This document shows, one piece after another, positions 24,842-33,667 of a stretch of DNA of 49,004 bases. Position 1 is the first letter of the stretch. Each line of letters starts with the position of its first letter. The position numbers were made by a program, and so were the translations under genes. The notes below the pieces were generated by a model that saw only the letters and a program-made list of their open reading frames with translations, made no database searches and was not told where the DNA came from. The DNA is from Planctomycetes bacterium GWA2_39_15. GTDB lineage: Bacteria > Planctomycetota > Brocadiia > Brocadiales > Brocadiaceae. Location of the stretch: the NCBI GenBank assembly GCA_001824485.1, contig MHXP01000208.1, forward strand, positions 1-49,004, in the 5' to 3' direction.

Positions 24842-25793
24842 CTAATACATCCTTTATTGTCTGGATAACAATCTCGTCATCTAACTTATTTAGCTTATGA
24901 AGATGTTCTCTATTTCCCATCTCAAAAGTATAAGTATCTTCAATGCCCATTCTTTTTAATCTTATGTTTGAGTTTTTTCTATCTAATATGCACGAGACCA
25001 GACTATCCAAACCTCCCTTATTTATGAAGGCCTCTTCAAGAGTTATAAGACAATCGTATTTATCTATTAATTTTAGGAATAAATCTTCATTAAATGGTTT
25101 CAGTAAAAAGACATCAATGACTCCAATATTAATATTTGAACCATTTAACAAACCTGCAACCTTCATAGCTCGATGTGTCATATACCCTGTTGAAATCAGG
25201 CAAACTTTTTCACCCCTTTTCAATTCTTTTAATCCCATTGCCATATCTAAATCTTTTGGCTTATTATAAATCTGTGATAGTGGTTTTCCATCAAACCTTA
25301 TATATTTAGGTTTTTTTACCTTAATTGAATAATCCGCAAACCATTGAGCCAAAACCCAATCACTTGGTGAAAATATAATAAAGTTAGGAAGGGATCCCAT
25401 TATGGTAATATCCTCAAGACAGTGATGTGTCGGCCCGGATACATCGTAGCTAAAACCCGCACCAACTCCGATGAGATTTACATTAATCTCTTTAACTTGA
25501 GACACTAATGAGAGATTATTCCTTATCTGCTCATAAGCCCTCATCGTTAAAAATGGAGCTATAGCATAGGCATATACAGTAAAACCCTCCAATGCCAGAC
25601 CTGTTGAGATATTTATAAGATTCTGTTCAGCAATACCAACATTTATAAATCTATCCTTAAAATCCACTCTCAATTTATCCAGTTTTGGTGATCCGAAATC
25701 TGCTGATAGAAAAAAGATATTTTTATCTTCGTGCATACGGTTATAAATCTCTTCTATAAAGACATCTCTCATTGTTTTTATTTCTAACTTCAT
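24834..25793 (-). CDS. transketolase, C-terminal (pyrimidine-binding) subunit
   Basis: FINVGIAEQNLINISTGLALEG. 319 aa. 4-nt overlap with the N-terminal subunit gene. Confidence 0.85.
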   Translation of the reverse strand: MKLEIKTMRDVFIEEIYNRMHEDKNIFFLSADFGSPKLDKLRVDFKDRFINVGIAEQNLINISTGLALEGFTVYAYAIAPFLTMRAYEQIRNNLSLVSQVKEINVNLIGVGAGFSYDVSGPTHHCLEDITIMGSLPNFIIFSPSDWVLAQWFADYSIKVKKPKYIRFDGKPLSQIYNKPKDLDMAMGLKELKRGEKVCLISTGYMTHRAMKVAGLLNGSNINIGVIDVFLLKPFNEDLFLKLIDKYDCLITLEEAFINKGGLDSLVSCILDRKNSNIRLKRMGIEDTYTFEMGNREHLHKLNKLDDEIVIQTIKDVLDE

Positions 25794-26641
25794 TTCAAAC
25801 CTGCAATTGCCGTTTCAATTTCATTTTCCTTTAAGACCTTAATATGACTTAATGGGTCTGTCTCAAGGGATGGGACACCTTTACCTTTTACCGTATTTGC
25901 TATAATCACCTTTGGCTTATCATTTCTATCTTCCTTAAATTTTATCATGGTGTTATAGAGATGCTTTACATCATGGCCATCAACTGCTTCTACATCCCAT
26001 TTAAAAACCTTAAACTTCTCATTCAAGGGATCCAAATCCAAAATATTTTTGCAATAATCGAGCATGCAGATTTTATTATTGTCAATTATAAGCCTTAAAT
26101 TATCCAATTTGTGTTCTCCGGCAAACATAACAGCTTCCCATACCGAGCCTTCATATAATTCGCCATCACCAATCAATACAAATACTTTTTCATTCCTATT
26201 TTTTCTCTTCAGTGCCAAAGCCATACCGCAAGCAACTCCCAATCCGTGTCCTAAAGAACCATTTGTTGTCTCAAATCCAGGGATGATGCAGTCAGGAATA
26301 CCGCCAAGAAATGAACCCTCCTTACAAACCCTACCTAACTCATGCTTATCAAAAAAACCAAGGTCAGCAAGTATGGGGTAAAATGAGATTGCACCATGAC
26401 CCTTACTGATAATGAATCTGTCTCTATCCTGCAATTGTATATCGGATGGATTAAAACTGAGAACCTTTCCATAATACAAAACAACAAATATTTCTACACA
26501 GGACAGAGAAGATGCCAATCTTGTCTCCGGAGCGATTCTATGGATATTCAGAGTTTCTTTCCTTACCCACTTAGCCTTATCTTTTAGAAATTCAATCATA
26601 CTATTGTTCATGCCGTTTTGGGGATATTTTTTGAATACCAT
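25790..26641 (-). CDS. transketolase, N-terminal (ThDP-binding) subunit
   Basis: SKGHGAISFYP, GSLGHGLGVACGMA and IGDGELYEGSVWEA (ThDP/Mg motif). The track start overlaps 26608..27555 by 34 nt. Internal ATGs at 26611 and 26599 are alternative starts. Confidence 0.85.
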   Translation of the reverse strand: MVFKKYPQNGMNNSMIEFLKDKAKWVRKETLNIHRIAPETRLASSLSCVEIFVVLYYGKVLSFNPSDIQLQDRDRFIISKGHGAISFYPILADLGFFDKHELGRVCKEGSFLGGIPDCIIPGFETTNGSLGHGLGVACGMALALKRKNRNEKVFVLIGDGELYEGSVWEAVMFAGEHKLDNLRLIIDNNKICMLDYCKNILDLDPLNEKFKVFKWDVEAVDGHDVKHLYNTMIKFKEDRNDKPKVIIANTVKGKGVPSLETDPLSHIKVLKENEIETAIAGLK

Positions 26642-27555
26642 CCATAAGTTGTTTTCAGTCCCTCTTCAAGGGTAGTTGATGGTTTCCATCCCAAGTTCAA
26701 GAATTTTGAACTGTCCAATAGTTTTCTGGATGCACCATCCGGCTTGCCTGTATCCCATTCAATCTCCCCTTTGAATTCTACAATCCGTGACACAATTTCA
26801 GCAAGCTCTCTTATTGAATAGTCAATTCCTGTCCCTAAATTGTACTGGGTATTCTGAAATCTTCCTGCATTTTTCATGGCAAAGACAGAGGCATCAGCCA
26901 CATCTTTGCTGAAAATAAATTCCCTTCTTGGATTTCCACTCCCCCACAGTATGACCTTATCCCACCCTCCGATTTTTGCCTCGTGAATTTTTTTTATCAA
27001 AGCAGACAATACATGGGAGTTTTCCAAATCAAAATTATCCATTGGTCCATACATTGAATTGGGGATGAGGGCAATAAAACGATTGGTTTTATATTGATTA
27101 TTATAGGACTTGCATGCAATTATGCCTACAATCTTTGCGGCTGCATAGGCATCGCTTGTATCCTCTATCTCTCCTGTCAGCAAATATTCCTCTTTTATTG
27201 GCTGTAGACAATTCTTAGGATAAACACATGATGAGCCGTAGAAAATGAGGTGTTTTACATTATATGTATGAGATGCCTGAAATATATTGTCCTGAATGGC
27301 AATATTCGTATGAAGGAATGTTGCTGGATAGGTTTTATTGGCTATTATGCCCCCTGTTAATCCGGCGCAGAGGAATACATACTCAGGCTGCTCTTTTTTA
27401 AAAAAATCCTCTACTGATTTCTGGTCTATTAAATCAAGCTCCTTATGAGTTATAGTTAATATATTACGATACCCTTCTGATTTTAATCTCTTTAATATTG
27501 CCGACCCTAATAAACCTGTATGCCCTGCAACATAAATCTTTGAGTCTTTAAACAT
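26608..27555 (-). CDS. GDP-L-fucose synthase-like (Fcl/ColC-type) NDP-4-keto-6-deoxy-sugar epimerase/reductase
   Basis: KIYVAGHTGLLGSAI (Fcl-type GHxGxxGS), YAAAK, NLGTGIDYSIRELAE. 315 aa. Confidence 0.75.
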   Translation of the reverse strand: MFKDSKIYVAGHTGLLGSAILKRLKSEGYRNILTITHKELDLIDQKSVEDFFKKEQPEYVFLCAGLTGGIIANKTYPATFLHTNIAIQDNIFQASHTYNVKHLIFYGSSCVYPKNCLQPIKEEYLLTGEIEDTSDAYAAAKIVGIIACKSYNNQYKTNRFIALIPNSMYGPMDNFDLENSHVLSALIKKIHEAKIGGWDKVILWGSGNPRREFIFSKDVADASVFAMKNAGRFQNTQYNLGTGIDYSIRELAEIVSRIVEFKGEIEWDTGKPDGASRKLLDSSKFLNLGWKPSTTLEEGLKTTYGWYSKNIPKTA

Positions 27556-28486
27556 TACTATACTTACTGTTTGTAATTATCCTATACCCCTTGATGAGTT
27601 CCCTGATTCCCATATCAAGCGAATACATAGGACTAAACCCGGTCTTTTCAATCTTTTCATTAGAAACAATATAATCCCTTTTATCGGGATCCTCCCCTAT
27701 CGGTGACTCTAAATACACAAAATCAGGAATAAGGTCTTTTATTTTTGCGCATAGATCAAGCTTTGAGAGATTGGCATCAGACAAACCCACATTATACGGT
27801 TCGTTTTTCATCTTATCAAAGTTATCAATCGCATGGATAAACGCCCTCGCAACATCGCGAATATGGATATAATTCCGTTTGAAATGCCCTTCAAAGATTA
27901 CAACGAATCTATCATTTATTGCCCTATATGTGAAATCATTCACGAGCAAATCAATCCTCATCCGTGGAGACATGCCAAAAACCGTAGCCAACCTAAAACT
28001 TATAGAGTTTCCTCTGTCGAGTACAATTTTCTCCGCCTCAACCTTTGCCTTTCCATATAAAGAAATTGGTTTCAATGGGGTGGTCTCAGTACAGCAAATA
28101 CCCTTCTGGCCAACGCCATACCCACTGTTTGTGGTAGGTATAATTATTCTTTGTTCCTTTGATGTAAGCTTTACCAGGGAAGCCACTGCATTTACAATTG
28201 TGGTCTTAGCGCCTATTTTATCCCTGTTACAGAGTGGAGCTCCAACTAATGCTGCCAAAGGAATAATATAGTCCACATTTTTTAATAAGGTTTTTAATGT
28301 CTCCTCGTCCCTTGCGTCTTCCTTAACGACATCAAAATTTTCATAAACGCAACACTCAAGCAAAGAGTTTTGACCATACATGAAGTTGTCTAAGACCGTA
28401 ACCTTGTGACCAAGCCTCAATAATTCAGGAACCAGCACTGAACCCAAATATCCTGCACCGCCGGTAACTAAGATATTATACGACAT
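27548..28486 (-). CDS. NAD-dependent sugar epimerase/dehydratase (extended SDR)
   Basis: ILVTGGAGYLGSVL and YGKAK. Paralog-like to 42706..43737 (LAALVGAPLC versus LAAIVGDIPC). Confidence 0.8.
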   Translation of the reverse strand: MSYNILVTGGAGYLGSVLVPELLRLGHKVTVLDNFMYGQNSLLECCVYENFDVVKEDARDEETLKTLLKNVDYIIPLAALVGAPLCNRDKIGAKTTIVNAVASLVKLTSKEQRIIIPTTNSGYGVGQKGICCTETTPLKPISLYGKAKVEAEKIVLDRGNSISFRLATVFGMSPRMRIDLLVNDFTYRAINDRFVVIFEGHFKRNYIHIRDVARAFIHAIDNFDKMKNEPYNVGLSDANLSKLDLCAKIKDLIPDFVYLESPIGEDPDKRDYIVSNEKIEKTGFSPMYSLDMGIRELIKGYRIITNSKYSNV

Positions 28487-28531
28487 TTAATTTCCCCCTC
28501 CTAACCCAGGCAAGCCAGAGCCAAATTAATT

Positions 28532-28970
28532 TTTACCACGAAGGACACGAAGATTTATAAAACAAATCTTTTGATCCCATCTTTCAATACCTTCTCATTA
28601 AAGTTCATTAATAAACCTATCTTTATATTCGCTAACCTCATATATGTAAGCAACTGGGCTTCATGCACAGGGGCTATCTTATCAACACTCTTTAATTCTA
28701 ATATTAATTTATTTTCTATTAGCAGGTCTATCCGATAACCGCAAGAAATAAGAATGTTTTTATACTTTACAGGTAATTCCACCTCCATTTAAAAATTAAT
28801 TTTAGCCTGACTCAATTCATAGGCAAGGCATTGTTTATATGTATTTTCTAACAAACCAGGACCAAGTTCTCGATGAACTTCAATTGCCAATCCAATTACT
28901 TTATTAGATAACTCATCAAATTCCATAATTCCACTACTTCCTTAGTGTGCTTCGTGTTCTTCGTGGTAAA
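28532..28970 (-). mobile_element. 439-bp unit: GxxExxY gene bounded by 21-bp terminal inverted repeats
   Basis: 28532..28552 is tttaccacgaaggacacgaag. The reverse complement of 28950..28970 is tttaccacgaagaacacgaag (20/21 match). The unit carries its own RBS (aaggaag) upstream of the ATG at 28926. Confidence 0.5.
28555..28926 (-). pseudogene. GxxExxY-family gene interrupted by a single in-frame TAA
   Basis: My translation from the ATG at 28926 is MEFDELSNKVIGLAIEVHRELGPGLLENTYKQCLAYELSQAKINF-TAA(28791..28789). It continues in the same frame into the track ORF MEVELPVKYKN..(28555..28788). Together these form a full-length family member of about 123 aa. Confidence 0.75.
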
Positions 28971-29009
28971 TTTTATTTCCATTTTGCGCAACAGTTTATT
29001 TGTAAGGTA

Positions 29010-30212
29010 CTAAATATCTTTTAATGTCTTATGCAAATAATCTATCTTATCTCTTATATCATAAGGATGATTCCCTACAAAAAATCCATTATAATGGGCT
29101 ATGTCAGCATTTGTTGACCTGGTAACAATATGATCATAATATTTAATAACATCGTGTCTTAAAATATTTCCACCTGTTATAATCCTATGTTCAATACCAG
29201 CATCTTTTAACTTCTGCAACACACTTTTACGATCAATTTTTGAATTTGGATTAAGTATCATTGTAAAACAGAACCACGAACTTTCACCTGTTTCTTTCTG
29301 AATAATAAATCTCTCATCATTTTGAAAAAACTTCACAAAGTGTCTCGCATTCTCTCTTCTGGTTTTTACAAAACCTTCTAATTTATCTAATTGCCTTATA
29401 CCTATAGCGCCATGCATTTCACCTGGTCTCAAATTATATCCCGGCAGTATGAAACGGTATGCCTCAAAGAAATCATCCTCTCTTCTTTGGAAAATAGAAC
29501 TATCTTCATCCTGTCCTCGTGTCCAGCCATGGTTCCTGAGGGATTTCAAAATATTATAAATCTCCTTATCATTCGTAAGAACAAGGCCGCCTTCCATGGT
29601 AGATATATGATGAGAAAAAAACGTACTAAAGGTATTAACTAAACCAAATGTGCCAGTATACCTGCCATTAAATTTTGCCCCCATTGATTCGCAATTATCC
29701 TCAAGCAAAATTATATTATTTTTTTCGCAAATCTTTATTATCTCATCAAACTGGCAGGAATTTCCCAAAATACTGACAGCAACAATCATTTTAGTATTTT
29801 CAGTTATAGCCTTTTTTAATTCCTCTACATCATAGTTTAAAGTATGCAAATCAATATCAACAAATTTTAATTTTAGTCCATACTGGTGAAGCGGATGAAA
29901 GGTCGTTGACCACGAAATGCATGGGGCAATAACCTCATCACCTCTTTTTAAAGGATTTTCTTTTTTATAAAAAAGCGAAGCCACAGCAATGAGATTTGCT
30001 GAAGAGCCGGAATTAACCATCACAGCATATTTCATCCCAAAATATTTTGCGAATTTATCTTCAAACTCTCTTACTTTCTCACCCATGGTATACATACCGC
30101 TCTTCATCACTTCCAAAACTGCCTGCTCCTCCTCTTTACCCCATGTTGAACTAGTAAGTTCAAATCTCATCTCCACTTTATCTCCCATTTTGATAACTTG
30201 GTTTATAAACAA
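29010..30212 (-). CDS. ColD/E1-type PMP-dependent NDP-4-keto-6-deoxy-sugar 3-dehydratase (DegT fold with the PLP Lys replaced by His)
   Basis: FSTFFSHHISTMEGG aligns with MSFHAAKVMTTIEGG of the bona fide aminotransferase at 41554..42669, placing His where Lys sits. End-to-end resemblance to ColD as I recall it (SSTW.., SGSSANL, LLEDNCESMGA, HGWTR, LPGYN.RP, ETGESSWF). The track start is a TTG; ATGs at 30188 and 30170 are more likely. Confidence 0.75.
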   Translation of the reverse strand: MFINQVIKMGDKVEMRFELTSSTWGKEEEQAVLEVMKSGMYTMGEKVREFEDKFAKYFGMKYAVMVNSGSSANLIAVASLFYKKENPLKRGDEVIAPCISWSTTFHPLHQYGLKLKFVDIDLHTLNYDVEELKKAITENTKMIVAVSILGNSCQFDEIIKICEKNNIILLEDNCESMGAKFNGRYTGTFGLVNTFSTFFSHHISTMEGGLVLTNDKEIYNILKSLRNHGWTRGQDEDSSIFQRREDDFFEAYRFILPGYNLRPGEMHGAIGIRQLDKLEGFVKTRRENARHFVKFFQNDERFIIQKETGESSWFCFTMILNPNSKIDRKSVLQKLKDAGIEHRIITGGNILRHDVIKYYDHIVTRSTNADIAHYNGFFVGNHPYDIRDKIDYLHKTLKDI

Positions 30213-31182
30213 TAATTTCTGAACCGCTAAAATCGAACATAAAAGGTATGTGTAAATACCCTTTTAACGCTTTCTTCACTCTTTTCTGTGCCTCCGGTTC
30301 AATATATAAAAGCATAAAACCTCCTCCTCCAGCACCTAGCAATTTACCTCCTACTGCACCATGCCTTATAGCGGTTTCATAAATATGGTCAATTTCGCTG
30401 TTACTAATTTTACTCGATAGTTGCTTTTTTAATTCCCAGGACTCATTTAATAGCTTCCCAAATTCAATAAAATTGCCCTTACTCGAAATAATTACCTTGT
30501 ATGCTTCATCAACCAAATCCCTTATTGCTTTCAATTCATATTTTTTTTCATTAATACTTTGAATTTGCTCTTTAGCTATTTCAGATGCATATCTTGATAT
30601 TCCCGTAAAAAAAAGCATAAATTTACTTTCAAAACTTCTTAAATTATTCTTCTCCATTATTATTGGTTCAACTATAATATTGCCGGTTCTTAGAAACTCA
30701 ATAGTATTAACCCCCCCACAAGCAGCCCAAGCCTGGTCCTGAGAACCTACATTTTCTTTTAGCAAATTCTGTTCAATATGAATTGCCGTCTTGTAGAGAT
30801 CTTCCTTTGAAATAATCTTGCCGTTAATCGCATACAGAGTTTTTAGAAGCCCTACCGTGAAAGCAGAACTTGAACCCATACCAGAACGAGCAGGTATGTC
30901 GGCGTCATGATGAATTTCAAGTCCTTGTTCAACTTGTAAATATTTTAATGTTTCCCTAACCGACGGATGCTGAATTTCATCTATATTAGATACCGTCTCT
31001 ACCTTTGAATACGCAACTCGAAACCTATGCGCGAAAAAAGGTGGCAGTTCCCGGCATGTTATGTAACAGTATTTATCTATTGTTGCACCTAAAACCTTAC
31101 CTCCATGTTCCAGATACCACGAAGGATAATCTGTTCCTCCCCCGAAAAACGAAATTCTATGTGGAGTTCTTGAAATAATCAT
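30178..31182 (-). CDS. GHMP sugar kinase, HddA-like (D-glycero-D-manno-heptose 7-phosphate kinase type)
   Basis: RTPHRISFFGGGTDYP and the GHMP motif PARSGMGSSSAF. 334 aa. Adjacent to a nucleotidyltransferase gene. Confidence 0.7.
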   Translation of the reverse strand: MIISRTPHRISFFGGGTDYPSWYLEHGGKVLGATIDKYCYITCRELPPFFAHRFRVAYSKVETVSNIDEIQHPSVRETLKYLQVEQGLEIHHDADIPARSGMGSSSAFTVGLLKTLYAINGKIISKEDLYKTAIHIEQNLLKENVGSQDQAWAACGGVNTIEFLRTGNIIVEPIIMEKNNLRSFESKFMLFFTGISRYASEIAKEQIQSINEKKYELKAIRDLVDEAYKVIISSKGNFIEFGKLLNESWELKKQLSSKISNSEIDHIYETAIRHGAVGGKLLGAGGGGFMLLYIEPEAQKRVKKALKGYLHIPFMFDFSGSEIIVYKPSYQNGR

Positions 31183-31188
31183 ATTCCG

Positions 31189-31890
31189 TCACTTTAAATA
31201 AAACACCAATTCCTTCTTTGCTCTTTCATAATCTTCTGGAATTCCAATGTCGATAAAATAATCATTACTAATATATGAAAACACATTTATTTTCTTTGCA
31301 ATTTTTTGTATGAAGTCTCTTTCAAAAGAAAATTGGTTTCCAAATTCATCAATAATACTTGAAATAACTTTACTATTTATTATGTAAATACCTCCGTTAA
31401 TATACCCAAAACTATTGCTAGCCTTTTCTTCAAATTGTACTATTTTGTCATTCTGTATAATTACGGCCCCATACCTACTACAATTTTCCGTTGCCTTTAC
31501 AGCAATTGTTAAATTTGAACTTTTCCCCCGATGGAAATCATACATTTCAGAGAGATTAATACAAAAGAATGTATCACCATTCAAAACTATAACATTATCG
31601 TCACTAACATATTTTAAAGCTTCCCGAATCGCACCTCCTGTTCCCAAAGGTATTGTCTCAAAAACATATCCTATTTCGATATTTTTATATCTAAAACCAA
31701 AATAATTTTCTATAGCCTCATGCTTGTAGCAAACCGAAAGCAAAACCTTCTTTACTTTCTGGTTTATTAAATAATCCAGTAGAAACGATAAAAATGGTCT
31801 TCCATTTATATCTGCCATTGGTTTTGGAACATTTTTCACAATACTCTGAAGTCTTGTTCCAAAACCGCCTGCCAAAATTATTACCTCCAT
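31189..31890 (-). CDS. sugar-1-phosphate nucleotidyltransferase, HddC-like
   Basis: MEVIILAGGFGTRL .. VPKPMADINGRPFL. 233 aa. Confidence 0.8.
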   Translation of the reverse strand: MEVIILAGGFGTRLQSIVKNVPKPMADINGRPFLSFLLDYLINQKVKKVLLSVCYKHEAIENYFGFRYKNIEIGYVFETIPLGTGGAIREALKYVSDDNVIVLNGDTFFCINLSEMYDFHRGKSSNLTIAVKATENCSRYGAVIIQNDKIVQFEEKASNSFGYINGGIYIINSKVISSIIDEFGNQFSFERDFIQKIAKKINVFSYISNDYFIDIGIPEDYERAKKELVFYLK

Positions 31891-31894
31891 AAAA

Positions 31895-31900
31895 ATTATA
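31895..31900 (-). promoter_or_regulatory. candidate -10 box (perfect TATAAT) 4 nt upstream of the ATG of 31189..31890; possible leaderless start
   Basis: The minus-sense sequence reads GAGTATAATTTTTATG. There is no SD and the -35 is poor. A 168-bp gap lies upstream. A chance match is plausible in AT-rich DNA. Confidence 0.2.
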
Positions 31901-32058
31901 CTCTTTGCAAAAAAGTTAAGTTATATTTACTGTTTTCTGTTAGTTGAAGATGATGCAGATTTGAATTGTTTTAACTATACTAGCATCTTAAGACTTCTGC
32001 GAAATTCCCACTGCCGCAAAATCAAAATATCTTAATCGCACCAAATTTTGTGGTAAGC

Positions 32059-33459
32059 CTAAAAGGATTTACTTTGGCTTGCACCTCTATAATATTGTGT
32101 TTTTATTAATTTGTCTTTTTCTAAACCTAAATTTAGTTTTTCATTGCACCGTTGCAAACCATTGACAACATGCGCTGCAAATTCCTCATCGCTCATTTGA
32201 GTCATATTTACTCTTAAATCCTGCCTATCACCTAATCTTAACAGATACGATTCTTCGTCTTCAATAAAACCATGCCTTACAGCATAATCATACATCTGGC
32301 TGCCAGGCAGCGGAAGAAGGTATCCTGTGGATGGGTAAATGTTATTTTCTATACATGCATCAAATGTTTTCTTTATTGTTTCAGGGGTCTCTTGGGGATA
32401 TCCAAATACAACAGTAGTCCATGTTTGAAGCCCCGCTTTTTGAAGTAATCTTGTTTGCTTAGAAAATTGATTCACAGGAATCCTTCTTTTCATCTCCCTC
32501 AAAATATTAGAATCGGCAGACTCAAGACCATAACATAACCCTAAACAACCGGCTTCTTTCATGTTTTCAATCATAGGCATATCTGCCTCATCATCAAAAA
32601 GGTTGGGCCGGCAGTTTGCCATCCAATAAAATTTGGCTTTTTCATTAAGAATTTTTTCAACGAACTCCAGTGTGTGTTTTTTAGAAGACAAAGCTAAATC
32701 ATCCCAAAATATAACGAAATTTATTGAGTATTTTTCAATAAGAGACTTTATTTCGGTAACAATTGATTCTGAAGTTCTGCGTCTATACGGCATATCTTGG
32801 AATATATGATAGCAAAAAGTGCATTTTGCAATACAACCTCTTGCAATACTTACTTGTAATGCTCTTATTTCCTCTCTTGGAATTGGTAATGGATCGTTGA
32901 TTCGCTGTTTGGTGCCATCTATATATATTTCTAAATCAAAAAGAGAATAATTCATGAAAGGCAAAGATGAAATATCTTTGATCAAAGGCCTTGGAGGAGT
33001 ACAAACCACGTTGCCATCCTTCATAAAGCAAATACCACAGACTTCCTCAAGAGGTTTGGATTCTGAAAGTTTCCGAAGTATGTCGACAATAGTCTCTTCA
33101 CCCTCACCAATTACTGCTATGTCAACTTTCGTACGTCTAAGTAGCGTATCAAAAACTGATGTAGCTACAGTGTTGCCTACAATAATTTTAGAATACGGGT
33201 GACATTTCTTAATTAGAGCTGCAAGTGATTTAATTATCCTATAACCCGTAACAACGGTACCCATGCAAATTACATCATATTTTCTCCCTCTGATAAATTG
33301 CTCTATTTGTCCATCTGTGTATCTATAAGCATTAATATCCAGCAAATCAAAATCAAAACCCGCATTTTTCATTGCTGTAGTAATATATCCCAAACCAACA
33401 GGAAATAACTTTACGGGTGATTCTGGTCTTAAACAAATATTAATAACTAAAATATTCAT
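32059..33459 (-). CDS. B12-binding-domain (class B) radical SAM enzyme
   Basis: VIGEGEETIVDIL. IARGCIAKCTFCYH. 466 aa. RBS gaaaggaag 6 nt upstream of the ATG. Confidence 0.85.
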   Translation of the reverse strand: MNILVINICLRPESPVKLFPVGLGYITTAMKNAGFDFDLLDINAYRYTDGQIEQFIRGRKYDVICMGTVVTGYRIIKSLAALIKKCHPYSKIIVGNTVATSVFDTLLRRTKVDIAVIGEGEETIVDILRKLSESKPLEEVCGICFMKDGNVVCTPPRPLIKDISSLPFMNYSLFDLEIYIDGTKQRINDPLPIPREEIRALQVSIARGCIAKCTFCYHIFQDMPYRRRTSESIVTEIKSLIEKYSINFVIFWDDLALSSKKHTLEFVEKILNEKAKFYWMANCRPNLFDDEADMPMIENMKEAGCLGLCYGLESADSNILREMKRRIPVNQFSKQTRLLQKAGLQTWTTVVFGYPQETPETIKKTFDACIENNIYPSTGYLLPLPGSQMYDYAVRHGFIEDEESYLLRLGDRQDLRVNMTQMSDEEFAAHVVNGLQRCNEKLNLGLEKDKLIKTQYYRGASQSKSF

Positions 33460-33520
33460 AATAGCTTCCTTTCAAAACTTATTGTAATGTACTGCTCCCA
33501 CTACCTATATTTCCTTTCTA

Positions 33521-33549
33521 ATTATCATCAGATTTAAAAATTTATTCAA
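33521..33549 (-). promoter_or_regulatory. candidate sigma70-type promoter for the rSAM gene 32059..33459
   Basis: Minus sense reads TTGAAT-17 nt-GATAAT (-35 at 33549..33544, -10 at 33526..33521), about 60 nt upstream of the ATG. AT-rich context, so a chance match is possible. Confidence 0.25.
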
Positions 33550-33667
33550 TCCCCAATAATGTGATATAATTATTATACTTGTAACAGTAAATTGAGAGCC
33601 ATCATTAATGATAAGTTTTAAACATTTTCCCTTATTCACATCCATTGAGAATAACGATTATGCAAGC

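Noticed and set aside
28789-28791. The in-frame TAA in the GxxExxY gene as evidence for stop-codon reassignment or programmed read-through.
   Set aside because: TAA terminates several well-supported genes in this same window (for example at 3148, 28555 and 48499). A simple nonsense mutation is the parsimonious reading.
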